Shown: piece by piece, positions 1 to 13,126 of the stretch
Position numbering within the stretch: position 1 is the first letter of the stretch
How the letters are laid out: every line of letters starts with the position of its first letter
Assembly (NCBI GenBank): GCA_010015805.1
Contig: ML978124.1
Span: 2,108,001-2,172,000, forward strand
DNA length: 64,000 nucleotides
Reading direction: 5' to 3'
From: Rhizodiscina lignyota
Lineage: Eukaryota
Notes under the pieces: generated by a model
Database searches by the model: none
What the model was told of the DNA's origin: nothing
What the model saw: the letters and a program-made list of their open reading frames with translations, nothing else
Translations under genes and position numbers: made by a program

Positions 1-223
1 TCCTGACAATTGGTCCTTTGGCCTGATGGAGCTTGAGGATCGTCTGGTTCTCAATATTTATATACCGTATCCAATAAATCCAAAGCGGGCATATATGGAT
101 TGTCCAATTCGCTGCTGGTATCTTCGATAGTGGAGAGAAAAAGGCAGGATAGACAATGAACTTGTAGATAAACGACGCAACCAAAAAGCATACGCCTATC
201 GTAATGGCCAGCGGGAGCTCCAT
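1..223 (-). CDS. Cytochrome P450, N-terminal fragment (runs off the left edge)
   Basis: Manual translation from ATG 223: MELPLAITIGVCFLVASFIYKFIVYPAFFSPLSKIPAANW...LKLHQAKGPIVR. Shows a membrane anchor, Pro-rich hinge (SPLSKIP) and the 'LH..xGPIVR' motif typical of fungal P450s. Absent from the ORF track. Confidence 0.85.
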   Translation of the reverse strand, partial: MELPLAITIGVCFLVASFIYKFIVYPAFFSPLSKIPAANWTIHICPLWIYWIRYINIENQTILKLHQAKGPIVR

Positions 224-1121
224 GGCAGTATGACCAGTATCCGAGGGATACTCAACTTGGAATTTTGAATGAAGTTTGACGCGTGTTCTCAAAAACACCA
301 GATCTTGACACAAGCACCACTTACAGTTCAATCTCTAAGTCATCTCACCTCCTCGCATATCGCGGTGGACCCCGCCTTCCACGGCCTGGATCGAACCAGG
401 TAGGTGTGTGAGATATGACGACGGCCAGAGCATCATGCATGTGATCCCGCATACGCTTCGAGAGACGAGTTATCTTATTAGAGATAGCGAGCGTTAAGGT
501 TGGTAACATCCGATTGACTCCTATCATCGGACCCTAGCTTTGGCGCTAAGCCAAAACTGTAATTATAGTACCCCTATCAAAACACCAACGCCAGCCTCAA
601 CTCCAACCTTCATCACTCGTCCTTATTGCAGATATGGCAATGTTTGTATGTTGCGCTGAAGTCAGAGCTTGCGAGCTTTTATATGAACTGGGGACAAGGT
701 AGTGACAGTGTTACAGGTTTTGGTCTGTTGCCAATTCGAGGCATGTCAAACCGAAGGACGGACGTCACGTATAGGATGCTTTTTTGATAATCGTGAAAAC
801 GAAGCAAGTAGGCGACATGACACCAAGAGGTATACTAGAGAATCGGATTTTTGCTGCGACATGAAATCAACCAAACATTGCGCAGCTCGAGTCACCCTCC
901 AGCACTTGACTTGACTGAACAAATAACAGAACCGAAATGCAAGATATCACGACGTATCTTATTAGACGCATCCATAAATTTCAAAGAGAACAATAAATGG
1001 AAGAGAGACAGTACGACCCATAGCTGTCAACATCCTCCACCACCACGAAAGCAGAGCCTCAGCCATTAAAGAGCACGCCTGCATCACATCATGTGAAATT
1101 GAGCCAGACAGACGATGGGAA

Positions 1122-2111
1122 TCATAGTGCCACTAAGCCAACGATGCCAGCACCAATTCCTAGTCCAAGAACCTTTAAATAGGTTAGCGGAGCTATATAT
1201 CTTAACGAACACGAGAAACTTACCATCACACCAGTCGCTTCCGCCCTCACCGCATGCGCCGCTCCCGTTGATCCGCTACTCGCAGGCGTCGCGCTCGTCT
1301 GCGCACCAACAACTTTCGTTCCACTCAAGATCAAACTACTAGCCGTAGCCAGCGCGCCCGAGTTTGTGCTCCCTGCCGCTGTCACCGCGCTGGCCAGGCT
1401 GCTCAGCGGAAATGTCGCGCTATCGCTACTCGTGACGTGGAGGACGTTGCCCGCGCTGCTACAGAAACCCAGAGCACTGCTCAACAGGCCGGAGTCGCTT
1501 GGATCTGCTGTCTTTGCGTATACTGGGCAGCCGCTGAATGGGACATCGAAGGCTTGTGGTACCCAAATAAAAGAGTTCGAGTTCTTCAAGTCTGGGTCGT
1601 AGCACAGGCATTGGGCGAGATCGTTGTCGGAGATACTGTTGAAATCGGGGATGGCGGAAGAGCACGCTCTGATTGTCGCAGCGGCAACAGCACAGGCGTT
1701 GCACTGTGCATCATCGGAGGCGCAGGTAGTTGTTGAGATAGAGCTCGAGGAGGAGCCAGTATCAGTGTCGTTGTCGTTGTCGTTATCATCGGATTCGGTC
1801 TTCGTAGAACCCTTGACCGTCGTAGGCTTCGGAGTTATCGTTGCGCCGCCGGCAGTTGTCGCTGGTGCTGCTGACTGATTAGCTCGTTGGAAGGACAAAT
1901 TGAATGATAACAGATATAGCGTCGGCAACACGAATTGCGGATGAAGAAGTTCCTTACCGCCTGATCCACCCTTCGTGATCTTTGGAGTCGCTTTGTTGAA
2001 TGCAGAGAGGCCACCCTTAGCAAGGCTTAAGAGGCCAGCACCTCTTCCGCCTGCTGCGGAGACATCTTCAAGCAAAAGAGATGCAAGAAACAAGGCTACT
2101 GAAAGACGCAT
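1122..2111 (-). CDS. Secreted, probably GPI-anchored Ser/Thr-rich protein with a Cys-rich core
   Basis: Signal peptide MRLSVALFLASLLLEDVSA; multi-Cys domain (CASDDAQCNAC...QCLCY...GC...FC); S/T/A-rich stalk; hydrophobic C-terminus. Two predicted in-frame introns: 1957-1871 (GTAAGG..CTAAT..CAG) and 1223-1173 (GTAAGT..CTAAC..AAG). Confidence 0.75.
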   Translation of the reverse strand: MRLSVALFLASLLLEDVSAAGGRGAGLLSLAKGGLSAFNKATPKITKGGSGGKELLHPQFVLPTLYLLSFNLSFQRANQSAAPATTAGGATITPKPTTVKGSTKTESDDNDNDNDTDTGSSSSSISTTTCASDDAQCNACAVAAATIRACSSAIPDFNSISDNDLAQCLCYDPDLKNSNSFIWVPQAFDVPFSGCPVYAKTADPSDSGLLSSALGFCSSAGNVLHVTSSDSATFPLSSLASAVTAAGSTNSGALATASSLILSGTKVVGAQTSATPASSGSTGAAHAVRAEATGVMVSFSCSLRYIAPLTYLKVLGLGIGAGIVGLVAL

Positions 2112-3278
2112 CTTGTGTGGGGACCTTGTCAGTTTGGTAGTACAATGAGTACGAATCAATTCAGATGCAAGTGGGACATTTCAATCGGAAGTGGAAATTC
2201 GAAACCATCATGAAGTAAGTCAGCGGCCTTATATGTTTACCCGTCAGGAATCTCCATCCCGCTTGAGCTTCCAATTTCCTGGCAAGGCACCTGCATCGAT
2301 CCTGGGAGCTACAAGTGGCGCTCAAATAGCAATTGGATAGCATCTGAGGCTGATACCTTAGAAAAAGTGACCGGCGAGGCTGATTCTGCATCCTTTAGAG
2401 AAGCAGGTTTTTTCTTTGGATTAAGGTGGCATAATTGAGAGGACCAGAGCTGCAAGATTTCGTGGTCGAGCGCAGCATCAGGCTGCTTCTGGCGGGATTC
2501 TGCGAGCATTTCGCCCTATACCAAATATGACTAGTGTGGCGCTGTCGGGGGGCATTGACTGGCTGCTCGCGTGGATCTGCACCCAGAGGGGCTTGACCTT
2601 GCGCCAGGCAGGCGGTCAAGCCACTGATCTGCACAAACGTCAGTCCCTCTAACCCGCCGCTTGAGATGCGGATTGCATCTAAAATTGGAAAGTTGAAAGA
2701 AATAAAAGATGAAGAATAAGATGATCAAAGACCTCAAATAATGAAATGCGTTCAGTAGTGAGGACTGAAGATCGAGACCGTCGACACTGATACTTCTTGG
2801 GCCCTACGAGGACGAGCGGCAGAAGACGAAGCGACGGATAATTACCTACTAGTGCTGCTTAGGAAAGCCGGATATGGCATCTAATGTCGATAAGCACACG
2901 GTTATGTTTGTCCTACAGATTCACCGGAGTCGTTATAAGGCTGGAGAGATTGGACTGTGCCATTTGTTTTTCGCATTCTTTAGTAGGGTTCCTCGATACT
3001 GTATCTTTGAAGATCTTTGAGATCTTCTCGGATAGCTAATCAAGAAGCGTCATCCAGAAACCAGAGAACAAGGAGCATCTTTTTAAGATCTCCCCGCTAC
3101 ACAACGACCAAAACCTGCTTTGGTCTGCTAACCCGGCCTCAAAGTATACTTTCTTCGCTCGCAATTATGATGGCCGAAATGGGATTTCGATGTATCTGAT
3201 GCTGAGTGTCGGGAACTGGCCATCCGTAGGTCTATGTCGAAGTCAAAGGAACCCACAGGTGCAGCGGGTGACGACTCT

Positions 3279-5527
3279 TCATCCTTCCACATCGTAAGAG
3301 TTGCTCTTGTGCTTCGGCTTGAACTCGAAGCCCGGCGGCGGAGGTCCTAAGAACATCTCACTTTTCTTCTCGTCAATTTTCATGTTTCGAAATATAAGTC
3401 ATAGAGCATCTCGTACCTGATCTTGATCCAGTCTTTGTAATTTCCACTGCTCAGGAGCGTCTCTAGCTCATCTCTTCCCTTGAATGCTGGAGGTCTTTCG
3501 TTGATCTTTGGTGGCAAGTACTCCAGAATCCCAATGGGAACATATCTGCAGGAAAAGCTCAACCACTCCAGCAAAAAGCGTCGTGTCGTGTTAACGCCAA
3601 GTTGGTCGCTACCCCAGGTCTCCAGTCCGTACTGCACAAACTTCTTGATGTATTCCAGTCGCTCAGAGGCGGACTTGTCAAGATATTGGTTGGTTTCGAT
3701 CTCTTCGAATATCCAAGGCTTGACCAGCGCCCCGCGGGCCACCATCACCGAGTCCACTTTCGCGTTCTTGATATGATCGTAGTAGTCGACCTGAGAATAG
3801 CAGTCTCCGTTTCCGACAAAGTATACCTTTCCTCCGTTTGGCTTGTATCTGTCATCCAGTTCGCCAGCCGTGTCCGCTACAGCATCGGAGTCCTTTTGGA
3901 GCCGATTGATCATGGCCGAGCATTCTGCGATGTATGACCAGTCCGCCGCTTTAGTGTATCTCTGCGGCTTATCCCGACCGTGGAGCGTGATTGCTGCGAC
4001 ACCACTTGGTCCCGCGCCCTTTTCCATGGCCTCGTACCCGCCTAATACCAGTCTCTTGATCAGCTTCTCGGCGTTTGGGTCGTTCTTCTTCCATCCCATG
4101 CGGAGTTTCGCGGTGACTGGGACCTCATTTGAGACCAGGTTCATGCCGTGTAGAGCCTGCTCCAACTTTGCTGGATGCTCGAGCAGAGCGGAACCTGCCC
4201 CTGTCCGACATACAGTCTCGATTGGACAGCCGCAATTCAAATCAATTGCTCTGATATGCGGACACAGAGCCGTAAGAACCTCTGTCGCCTTCATTGCCAG
4301 CCACGGCTTATTCGCTGCAATTTGCACGCCAAACTTCGAATCCTTCGCATTATCATATCCTTCGACAACGGAGTTGGTTCGATCTTCAGACGGGAAGAAG
4401 CGAGGAGGAGATAGCTCGGAGGTATGAGCCTTTATCAGTGCCCATTCACTTGGCTGGCCGTGAAGGAGCTCTCGGCCCATTGCCATCTCTGACCAAGTCA
4501 CTTGTGCGCCAAGTGAGACACAAACCCGGCGGAAGGGGAGGTTTCCTTGTGTTGTCAAAGGTGCTAGAACTGGGGTCTCGGGTCCATAGTAGATGCGGCG
4601 CTTCTCGGAGGGAAGGAAAGGAGGCTCCGTGTAACTTGCGCGATTCTCCTGACGTTGACGTTGATCAGATTTTGGCATCTTGAACTGATTTCTGCTCAAC
4701 TGAAACTTCGCCTCAGTTGAAACAATGTTGACAAGTCCGAGCTCATCTACAACGTAGCCGCTCGCCTCTGCGATCCGCTTCCGCTCTTCGTCTTCAGCTT
4801 CGTCTTTGAGAAGTACAAGCTCGGACCTGCCGTCTTCTCGCTCAACCTCTTTCGAGTGACTACCCGCAAATCGGCACTTCCACCCTGCAGGACATGTGAC
4901 ATGAGCCTCCCAAATGGGACAATCGCCATCGAAGGTTGAGAGATCTCCTTCCTTCCGCTCCAGGTATTTGCGTAAGTCATGTTCGAATTTGCATTTGTCG
5001 CCAAACTTGCATTCTTTCGGAGAAAATTCTGGTGAGAGCATCCTCGTGGCGCATAATGTCTTCTCTTCCTTCCAAACTCCAAAGGTACGGTTCTTGTTTT
5101 GGCCTCGATTCTTCTTCCCTTTGGAGCCTCCATCTTCGTCCTGCTTGCCGTGACGCGATGCTTCCGCTGCATCGTCGTTCAACACCATATCTTCGCCTCT
5201 CCTCGACCACGCCGTAGCAATCAGAAACTCTTTCTTGACTCGCGCAACGCCATCTCTGGACCGAGGATCTGTAGTGGACTGGTCTTCAAATTTTGCAGTC
5301 CATTCTGGAATATCTTCCATCTTCATTCTCTTTGGTGAAGGAGACTCACTTGATTCAGAAAGCGTCATGTGGGGAGTGTCGATATCGCCTGCTTCAACTT
5401 TCTCTGCTTTAATCGTACCAGTGTTGGGGTCTTCGGCTACGTCTTGATCCCAAGGCCGTTTCGATGGAACGACCGGTGCTGGTGAATTCGCAGACGCATC
5501 TGCATCCGCTTCGCCTAACGTGGCCAT
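3279..5527 (-). CDS. DUS3: tRNA-dihydrouridine(47) synthase
   Basis: CCCH zinc fingers ([11 protein letters not shown]) and Dus motifs [39 protein letters not shown]. Intron 3416-3361 gives the last exon [27 protein letters not shown]. Confidence 0.95.
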
Positions 5528-5902
5528 CGTGCAGATCGGAAATCTCGAAGAAGGCGCTAACCGAAAATGTGGATGAAGGAAAGTCGGGTGCTTGGTGCAT
5601 CTCACGTGGAGGATTTTGATGGATGTTTACCTAGCAAATTAGTGGCATATTCCGAATGCGGCTAGCGCTGCCGAGACCCACATGCAGTGACGTCGGGTTT
5701 TCGCTTCGTTTGGGCCAACCTGTTTACTTTGCTTGCCTTGCCTTCTGGACACGCAAGTCGGGACACCTTACCTCTTTACTCTACACAAAGCTCACACGCC
5801 TCTGCCTTTAAAGCCTCAACTTATATTGAGCGTTCTGAATTCTTCATTACCTTCGCCAATTCAACCTTTGCCCGTCAAAGAACACCTCGCAATACCGCCA
5901 CG

Positions 5903-6691
5903 ATGACGCTCTACTACAGCATGGTAAGTAGTTCACAGGAGCAGTGATAGTGCTAAAGCCCTTCCGATTGAGCTCTACGCCTCATCACATTCAAATACAG
6001 CCCATTATATCTTTGGACTATGCTGACACTGTCGCTCTCTGCAAGGTGTTCGCCCTCCTCGTCTTCGAGATGCTCATCTTTGTCTCGTTGATCATCCCGC
6101 TACCGCTCACCATCCGCCGCAAACTCTTCACCTTCCTCTCTGAATCTCCGCTCATAGCGAAGTTACAATATGGCATGAAAATCACGTTCATATTCATTCT
6201 CATTCTTTTCTTGGACAGCGTCAACCGTGTCTACCGCGTGCAGCTCGAGACTGCTGCGGCGAACAAGTCTCAGGGAAGGTATGATATGAGGTCCTTATCC
6301 CCCATGATCAACATACTGACTGCTTGGTAACAGTGCCGAGGCGTTTGGTGGCACTGCTCGCATGGAGATTCAAGCCCGCAAGTTCTACTCCCAGCGCAAC
6401 ATGTACCTCTGTGGCTTTACGCTCTTCCTATCTCTGATCCTTAACCGCACCTACGTTATGATCCTCGACGTGCTTCGTCTTGAAGAGGAGGTCAAGCGTC
6501 TCAAGGGCGAGGGTGGCGCTAAGGGCGATACTGCTGCTAAGCTTGGGGCAGCCGGTGCGCCCGGCGAGATTGGTAAATTGAGGAAGGAGAATGAGGCATT
6601 GAAGAGCCAGATGGAGGGTCTCAGCCGGGAGTACAACCGTCTTGGTGATGAGAAGGGCGGTGCTGACGGCACACCAAAGAAAGATCGGTAA
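5903..6691 (+). CDS. YET3: BAP31/Yet-family ER membrane protein
   Basis: Exons 5903-5923, 6047-6278, 6334-6691. MTLYYSMVFALLVFEM..., 'QARKFYSQRNMYLCGFTLFL', coiled coil, C-terminal KKDR (KKxx ER retrieval signal). Confidence 0.92.
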
Positions 6692-7168
6692 AATATGAGC
6701 CGCAACTGGACGACGCCTGGGGAGAAGCTCGAAATCTTCAAAGAATGGCCTTTTAGGCCCGAAAGAGAGCGAGGGTAGACACAAATATTGGAAGGGCGTT
6801 CAATGATCATCTTTACCTGTTGGGGCGGAATATAGTTGCCTTTGTGGCTTTTGGTGACTATCCATTCGGATTGCAGGGGAAAAGCCTACACCAAGCTTTC
6901 TGTAGCATAGCTGGTGCAGTTACGGAGTATGTCTAACTGTTTTTGAAAAGTAAATCAGCAACCATTTCTCCTCTATGCTAAGCAAAAGCCTTCTATGCTA
7001 GGAAGAGATGGATATGCGAAAATCAGAGAATATTCGAACGCAGACTAACACTTTAAGTTGAACTCTCGTGCTTGCCTCAAAATTCTCTCAATGTACAATA
7101 AAATCAACCTTTACACAGGGGAGGATCCCACTCATTATGTCTCTTCAGCAGCTACTACAGTACGAACA

Positions 7169-7747
7169 TCACATTTGCGTACTTCCTACAGCATTCACTC
7201 CTGCAGTGGCGACTTCAACATCCTGGTCACTACTTCCGCCGCTCACTCCCACAGCGCCAAAGAAGACACCGTCAATGAAGACTGGTACGCCACCCGCAAC
7301 ACCAAGAAGGCCGTTGTTCGTGAGGTCAAGACCCGTATTCGATGCATTAGGTACCATACCGAGTGCGCCACTCGTCATCGCGCCGTTGAACAAAGCCACC
7401 GACTTTGCCTTCTTCTGCGAGATATCAATGCTCGCGAGGAAGGAGTTGTCCATGCGGATGAACGCGAGGAGGAAGCCTGCTGGGTCGAGTACTGCAATAT
7501 TTTCTCTGATCCTATCGGAAACGATGAGTTGTGAACGCTCTGCAAGGCTTCAAAATGGCACATACCCAAGTGAAGTTGCTTTCTCAGTTGCGGCGGAGAG
7601 GATTCGCATTGCCTGAGCTTCGTTCAATGACCTCCGCTGATTCGGTGTAGATCCAAGGGTGCCGAGAGAGGCCGTTGTATTGCTCTGCGCCGAGACGAGA
7701 GATACACATGCCAGTATGATGAGGTTGCTGAAGACGGCGAAACGCAT
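7169..7747 (-). CDS. Secreted GlcG/HbpS-like (DUF336) heme-binding protein
   Basis: Signal peptide. Intron 7565-7512 joins ...ATSLG to IRENIAVLDPAGFLLAFIRMD...SIDISQKKAKSVALF...GGVPV..DG..GAVGVSGGSSDQDVEVA, the hallmark motifs of the family. Confidence 0.88.
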
Positions 7748-10700
7748 ATTGAAGGTTATGCTACTTGTGATCCTGGTTTAAGTGGGATGGACTTGAAGTA
7801 CTGTTGTGGACTCGTGCAGGAGCGCTGGTATCGCTTGCTTCGAGAAAGCTCTTGCTGAACACAACGATTGGTTTCGAGTTAGCTTTAAGTATCTGATAGT
7901 GAACATAATCTTCGGATCCAACGGCCAGTGGTGAGACATAATTGTCATTCCGGGCGCAGCGAGATTGATTAGTTGGTCACGCAAAGTTGCTCGCCTGCTC
8001 TTAGAGTTCGCATACCGTCGAACCCAGTCAGCTATGCCAATGTGGCTTATAGAGTTTAATGATTGTAGGACGGAAAATGAACTAAATACGTAGGAGAAAT
8101 ACAAGGACTCTCGTGGGGAGATATGCACGTATCAGGAACGTGAAATGAAGACGCCGTCTCAAAGGCTCAGGCTCAGCATAGTTATACAGGGCCTTTACAA
8201 ACATAGTTGTACCTCATGAGTGATGCCATATCATGCATTGTTTGCTAGCCTTTTAAAGGAATCTGAGTGGGGATACACTCCTTTTGCGGACATATCACGA
8301 CTGAATTTGGTATTGTACGAAAACGATGCGATGGCTTGATTAACTGAAATTTGATGTTCCCAAGTCCGAATAACGATCGTTTACGCACGATTAGATATTA
8401 AACTCTATTTCTGTAGCTGACCCATGCACTTTTGATCTGACCCTTGATCTAAGGGTGTACGTACCGAATCGCCGACGAGAAGAAGATTAGGAATACCATG
8501 TTCACAACTAGGACTATCCTGAACAGTACAACATGTACCTCGTTTCTTCGTTATGCAAAAGCCGAAGGGCGGCGGAGAGAGCCCAGATCATCGTGAATGA
8601 CGTTTCTAGAGAAGGTACAGAGCTGTAGATCGGATGACGGTTGGTATTTAAAGGACGAGGCGTTCCCACGAAAACTTGTTGATTGTTGGAGTCGACCATC
8701 TTCATCCAACTTTCCTCTCGCCGATCTCAACAGACTGTTCGTACTTAGTGAATATTCATTGAGTTCCAGTGAGACACCAAATACCCGCAATCTTCGCATC
8801 AGAAGGCTTTCAGAAGTGCACCTTGCTACCATTGTCCAAAACACACACCATGCGAGACCACAAAGCGCGATACCTCCTACGTTCAGGAGCCACAAAATGT
8901 AGTCGAAAACGACACAATAACATGCCATGACGTCTCTTCTGGCAAGTTAAAACTGGTTTTGATTTTTAAATATGCGTAATCATTAAGAGTAGACGATGAG
9001 CAGCTCGGGTGTTTGTCCGACGCTGAGACGCAATTGCCACTCTTTATACATGGACACGACGAGGTTATGCATCATCAGACGGAGTAATTTATCTCTAGCA
9101 CTAATGTAACTGTTCCTGTGATTTATTTCGGCGGACAGGGCTAGTTTCGGCAACTCGAGCAGAACACGGTTGCATCGGTGTGAACAGCAACGAGCGCCAT
9201 TCTGCACCATGATACGTGGCGATTCGTCTTTCAGCGCATAGCAGTGCATCTTGAAAAGATGTCATCGAGCGCAAGCATCGAAAGCTCAAGGTCACACTTT
9301 CGCGACCCGATCAACGAACTTGGAAGAGCTATATCATCTCTCTCTCCATATGTGCTCAATCTGCTTAAGTGGCGGTCTTTCAAGCATCTCTTTGTAGCTT
9401 GGCTGAGTCAACAGAATACGTAGGACATGTAGTCTGGGATCATTTCCAAGAGAACTAACAAATTCGCTGAAGTACAGAATTTGTCAATGATTCTAATGCC
9501 GTCGCAAGAGAGCTTGGATTGTCCTCTGATGGAAGTCGCAATTGATCTTGATCCCTGCCCGAATGATAAGCGTCCAGCAGTCTCTTATGTATGCAGTTTG
9601 AAGTAATAGCGTCGCCAAGGACCCAAAAGGAAAATGGTGTCCCCCGGGTACGCAGAAGGCTACATGGAAATACCTGGAGAAGACAGGATGTTAACAAAGA
9701 ATTGCCCGCTAACCCATAAGAATGGAGAAGTCCTTTGTCAAAAAAGTTGATATTTTCCTGGGCCTTTCTAGGATTCCGTCCGAGTCACTGCATCGGTGAA
9801 GGTCTCCTGTTGCATCTGAACGAAGGTACTGTAATTGGCTAAGACTCCAATAGCAGTCAGATAAGCACCATTAACTGCAGACCTCGCAATTATAATGAGA
9901 GCTGCTTCCTTGCGACTGCCATAGCGAATATCGGAACTTTCGCAGAGCAAAAGTGCAGTCAAGCATTCCCTGATAACGCTCTTCGGCGAACTATCAAACT
10001 CTTTCCGTGCCTTTCCTCGCAGGCGCACTTGCTTTCCTTTATTTAGCTCTCTCCTCATTCTCAGTGTATCTCATCCGTTTCTTTAGTCGGTGGCTCCGGT
10101 CATAAGGTCAATCTCATTGGTCTTCGGTTGTACGCTTGCGTGCGGTGAACTGCCATGCTCGATTCTGCCAATTTCCTCCATCTCAAGGGGAAAATGATAT
10201 GAGAAATGCCAAAGCAATATAATCGTACGAAGCCCTGCCGTGCTTTCAATACGGAGTATGCATAAGAACAAGTTTGCTAAAGGTTGTTCTCAGGAAGAAA
10301 AGGGGGGAGCAGCGATCGGCATTTTCCGCGTCGAGGGCGTCCCAACCGTCAACTTCCCCTCTCCTTCATCAACACATATCATCTTCGTACGAAAGCATCG
10401 TCTCTCCTCTCCTCGTATACCACTTCAACTAATAAGTTCTGGATCAGTTGTGTACAGTTCTGTCTCTGAAATTGGATTCCTTGGCTTGACATTCTGCTTC
10501 ATCTCGTTGTTCAGGCGCGCATTCCGGAGCAAGAACCTTGGAGCTAAGAGCAGCTAAGGAGCGATGGCAAGGGAGAAGTTTCAGAAGGATAATTTGGATT
10601 TGCTTATCCATCTCTGCTCGGATTGGCTTACCTGGGAGAATCTATATTGTCCAGTCAAGGACTTACCTAATTCGAAAGTAGTGATAGTAAATTCACGATC

Positions 10701-13126
10701 CTTTTTCTAATAGCTACGATAATACGGCGTAACATACAGACCTCAAAAATCCCGTTAACATATGTGGAGCATATGTACTTGATTGCAATGCTGACCAACG
10801 ACTTCAGGCGACTGGAGGCTTGACGAATCCCTTGGAATTTCTCTTCAAGGAAAAGCTCGCCAATTACCCCAGCACAGACACCTGTCGCGACATGAATGGC
10901 GAGTGTCCGCCGACTCAGAAGCTTGAGGACGCATTTGCTTAGATTTACAGAAGTCCACCATGGACGCGCTGATGGTTGATATTGCGTTCATCAAACGGCA
11001 AACTCTTGTCACAGACGCCGCGAACTCGATCGACGTATTACCAATAATTGTGGTAACTTGATTGAACTTTCCTTTCGCAGCACACCCGAAAACAAGATGT
11101 GCGACGTTTTCATTGGCCTCGCAATTGGGTTCCTCACTCCGATCGCAACCCTGGATGTTGGTATGGCTGTGGGATCTGTCGCGCTGGCTAGTTTGAGTTG
11201 AATTTTGTAGGGATCTCATTATTGGAAGTACACTGAACTACAATCGATTTCCCGGCCAAAGAAGTTTCTGGCTTCATGATGAACGTCGCAAACTTACCAC
11301 TGTATGATCTGGAGGAATAGACAAGAGATGAAGAGACGTACTTCAAGCTAGGCCAAGGTTATTGCTACAACACAATGATGTCCAAGTATGAGAAAACGAA
11401 GGACCAGCGCGCTCAGCTGATGTCACATGCGTTCTGCGCAGACTTCCGACGAAAGTTTGGAAGCAACTACTTCAGCCGGACAGGGACAACCACTACTGTA
11501 TGTGGATGAGAAAGGATTTGTCAATGGCCAAAAGGCCATAGGCCGCTCTTGTGGCATCACGGACGGTGAGATTGGTCGCCGCGACTAGAGAGCCAGGGTG
11601 AAGGTGGAAGTAGAGGATAATGACGAAAGCAAAGCAGACGCGTGTAGGATACTTCGGAACTGATGTGCCTTGACAGTTTTCAGCAAATGACCGAATCTAT
11701 GCTCTGTTGTCGCCATCCCTCTACGCTGATAAATGAGGCATCAGTGCAACCGATGGGCTCAACAGGGCAAAGAGTGGATTTTTTGCTATTGGCAGTTGCC
11801 AAGGCGCCATCCTGCGTCGTGAACGCGGCGCCTTTCAGATGCTAGCGTGTGCTCAAACCCAAGATGCACCCCACAATTACGGCTCTCCCTCGCAAAAAGT
11901 GTCTAGTTTGTCACATTTATTTATCAGTGAGGCTCCGGCTAATGTAGACTAGGTCCACGCAGCGTTACAAAGACTGAAGAAAAAGCTAGATGGCCTGTCC
12001 TTCTAGGTTTCCACGGAGCGGCTGATTCGCCCGCCCTCCCCGCGACTATCGATGATCTTCGCCAGGTCTGTTATGTACAAAGCTACAAAAACAACCCTAT
12101 CGATTTCATTTCGCAGATCAATTGGCCCACTACGGAGTAAGGAGCCAGGCAAACCAATGCGGAAGACTGTCTCCGCGCGGAGAATTGGCCATGCGGCGTG
12201 AACGACCGTGAGGAGGCCACGAGGCTCGTGAGTTCGACTGCGCAGATTCTTGCGACAACAAACTCTCCGCACTCCCGAGATATTCGTATTCAATAGTTTT
12301 TCGTAGCGTCAGCAACCACGGACAGTTTGCGACATGCCGTGGGCCTATCAGGCCGATCCGAACTCGAATATCATCGGTGGGTTCTGCTGCTTTGAGAACA
12401 ACAAAGCCCCCACTGGGTAAGACGATAGGGTTTGTATGCAGGACTGAAGAGTAAGTCACCACGCGGCGTGATGGCAAGTGATCAACAACATTGTCTCCTT
12501 AGTTCGTGACGAGCTCAACTAAGGGTTAGGGGCTAAGACCCCGAAAGCTACCGACGCTGGTTTGGGAGACAGTTGCCTTTGCCATGCCCCTAAGGAGTAA
12601 GGTGCGAGGTTATACCCGCCGAAGAGCGCCTTGCGGCCCCTGCAGCCGTTGGATGGCTGCACGGCGCGCTGCAGTCCGGCGCAGACTAAAGCTAGACAGA
12701 CTCCACTTCAGACCGGTTCCTGCATGCTCTTCACTTGTCATGATCCACGCACATCGTCGCTTCTGCATGAATCAAAGCTTGTCTTGCTGGTCAACGCACC
12801 CCAGGCGAGTATCTTCCACTTGAACGTGTCCGGCAATTGCCCGGCAATTGCGCGGATTTGGGCACCAATTGCCCTGACTCTTCGCCGGATGATAATTCTA
12901 AATGCGTGGGGCCTGGATTCCTGGCTTGCGGGCCGATATCGTGAGGTCACGGCGAGTTTGAAAGATGCTGGGGCTGCTTTCTTCCGCTATGGATCGTGGC
13001 ACCGGCGGCACACGATGAATCTCTGATTCATGATTCTATAACTAGGTGTATCTGCCCCTACCACGAAATGGCAACGGTTTGTTCGCCCTCATTGTTTTCG
13101 TTTTGTATAACCGTTCTTTCTTCCGA

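Noticed and set aside
7058..7616. Two plus-strand ORFs (158 and 182 aa)
   Set aside because: Antisense to the HbpS-like gene.
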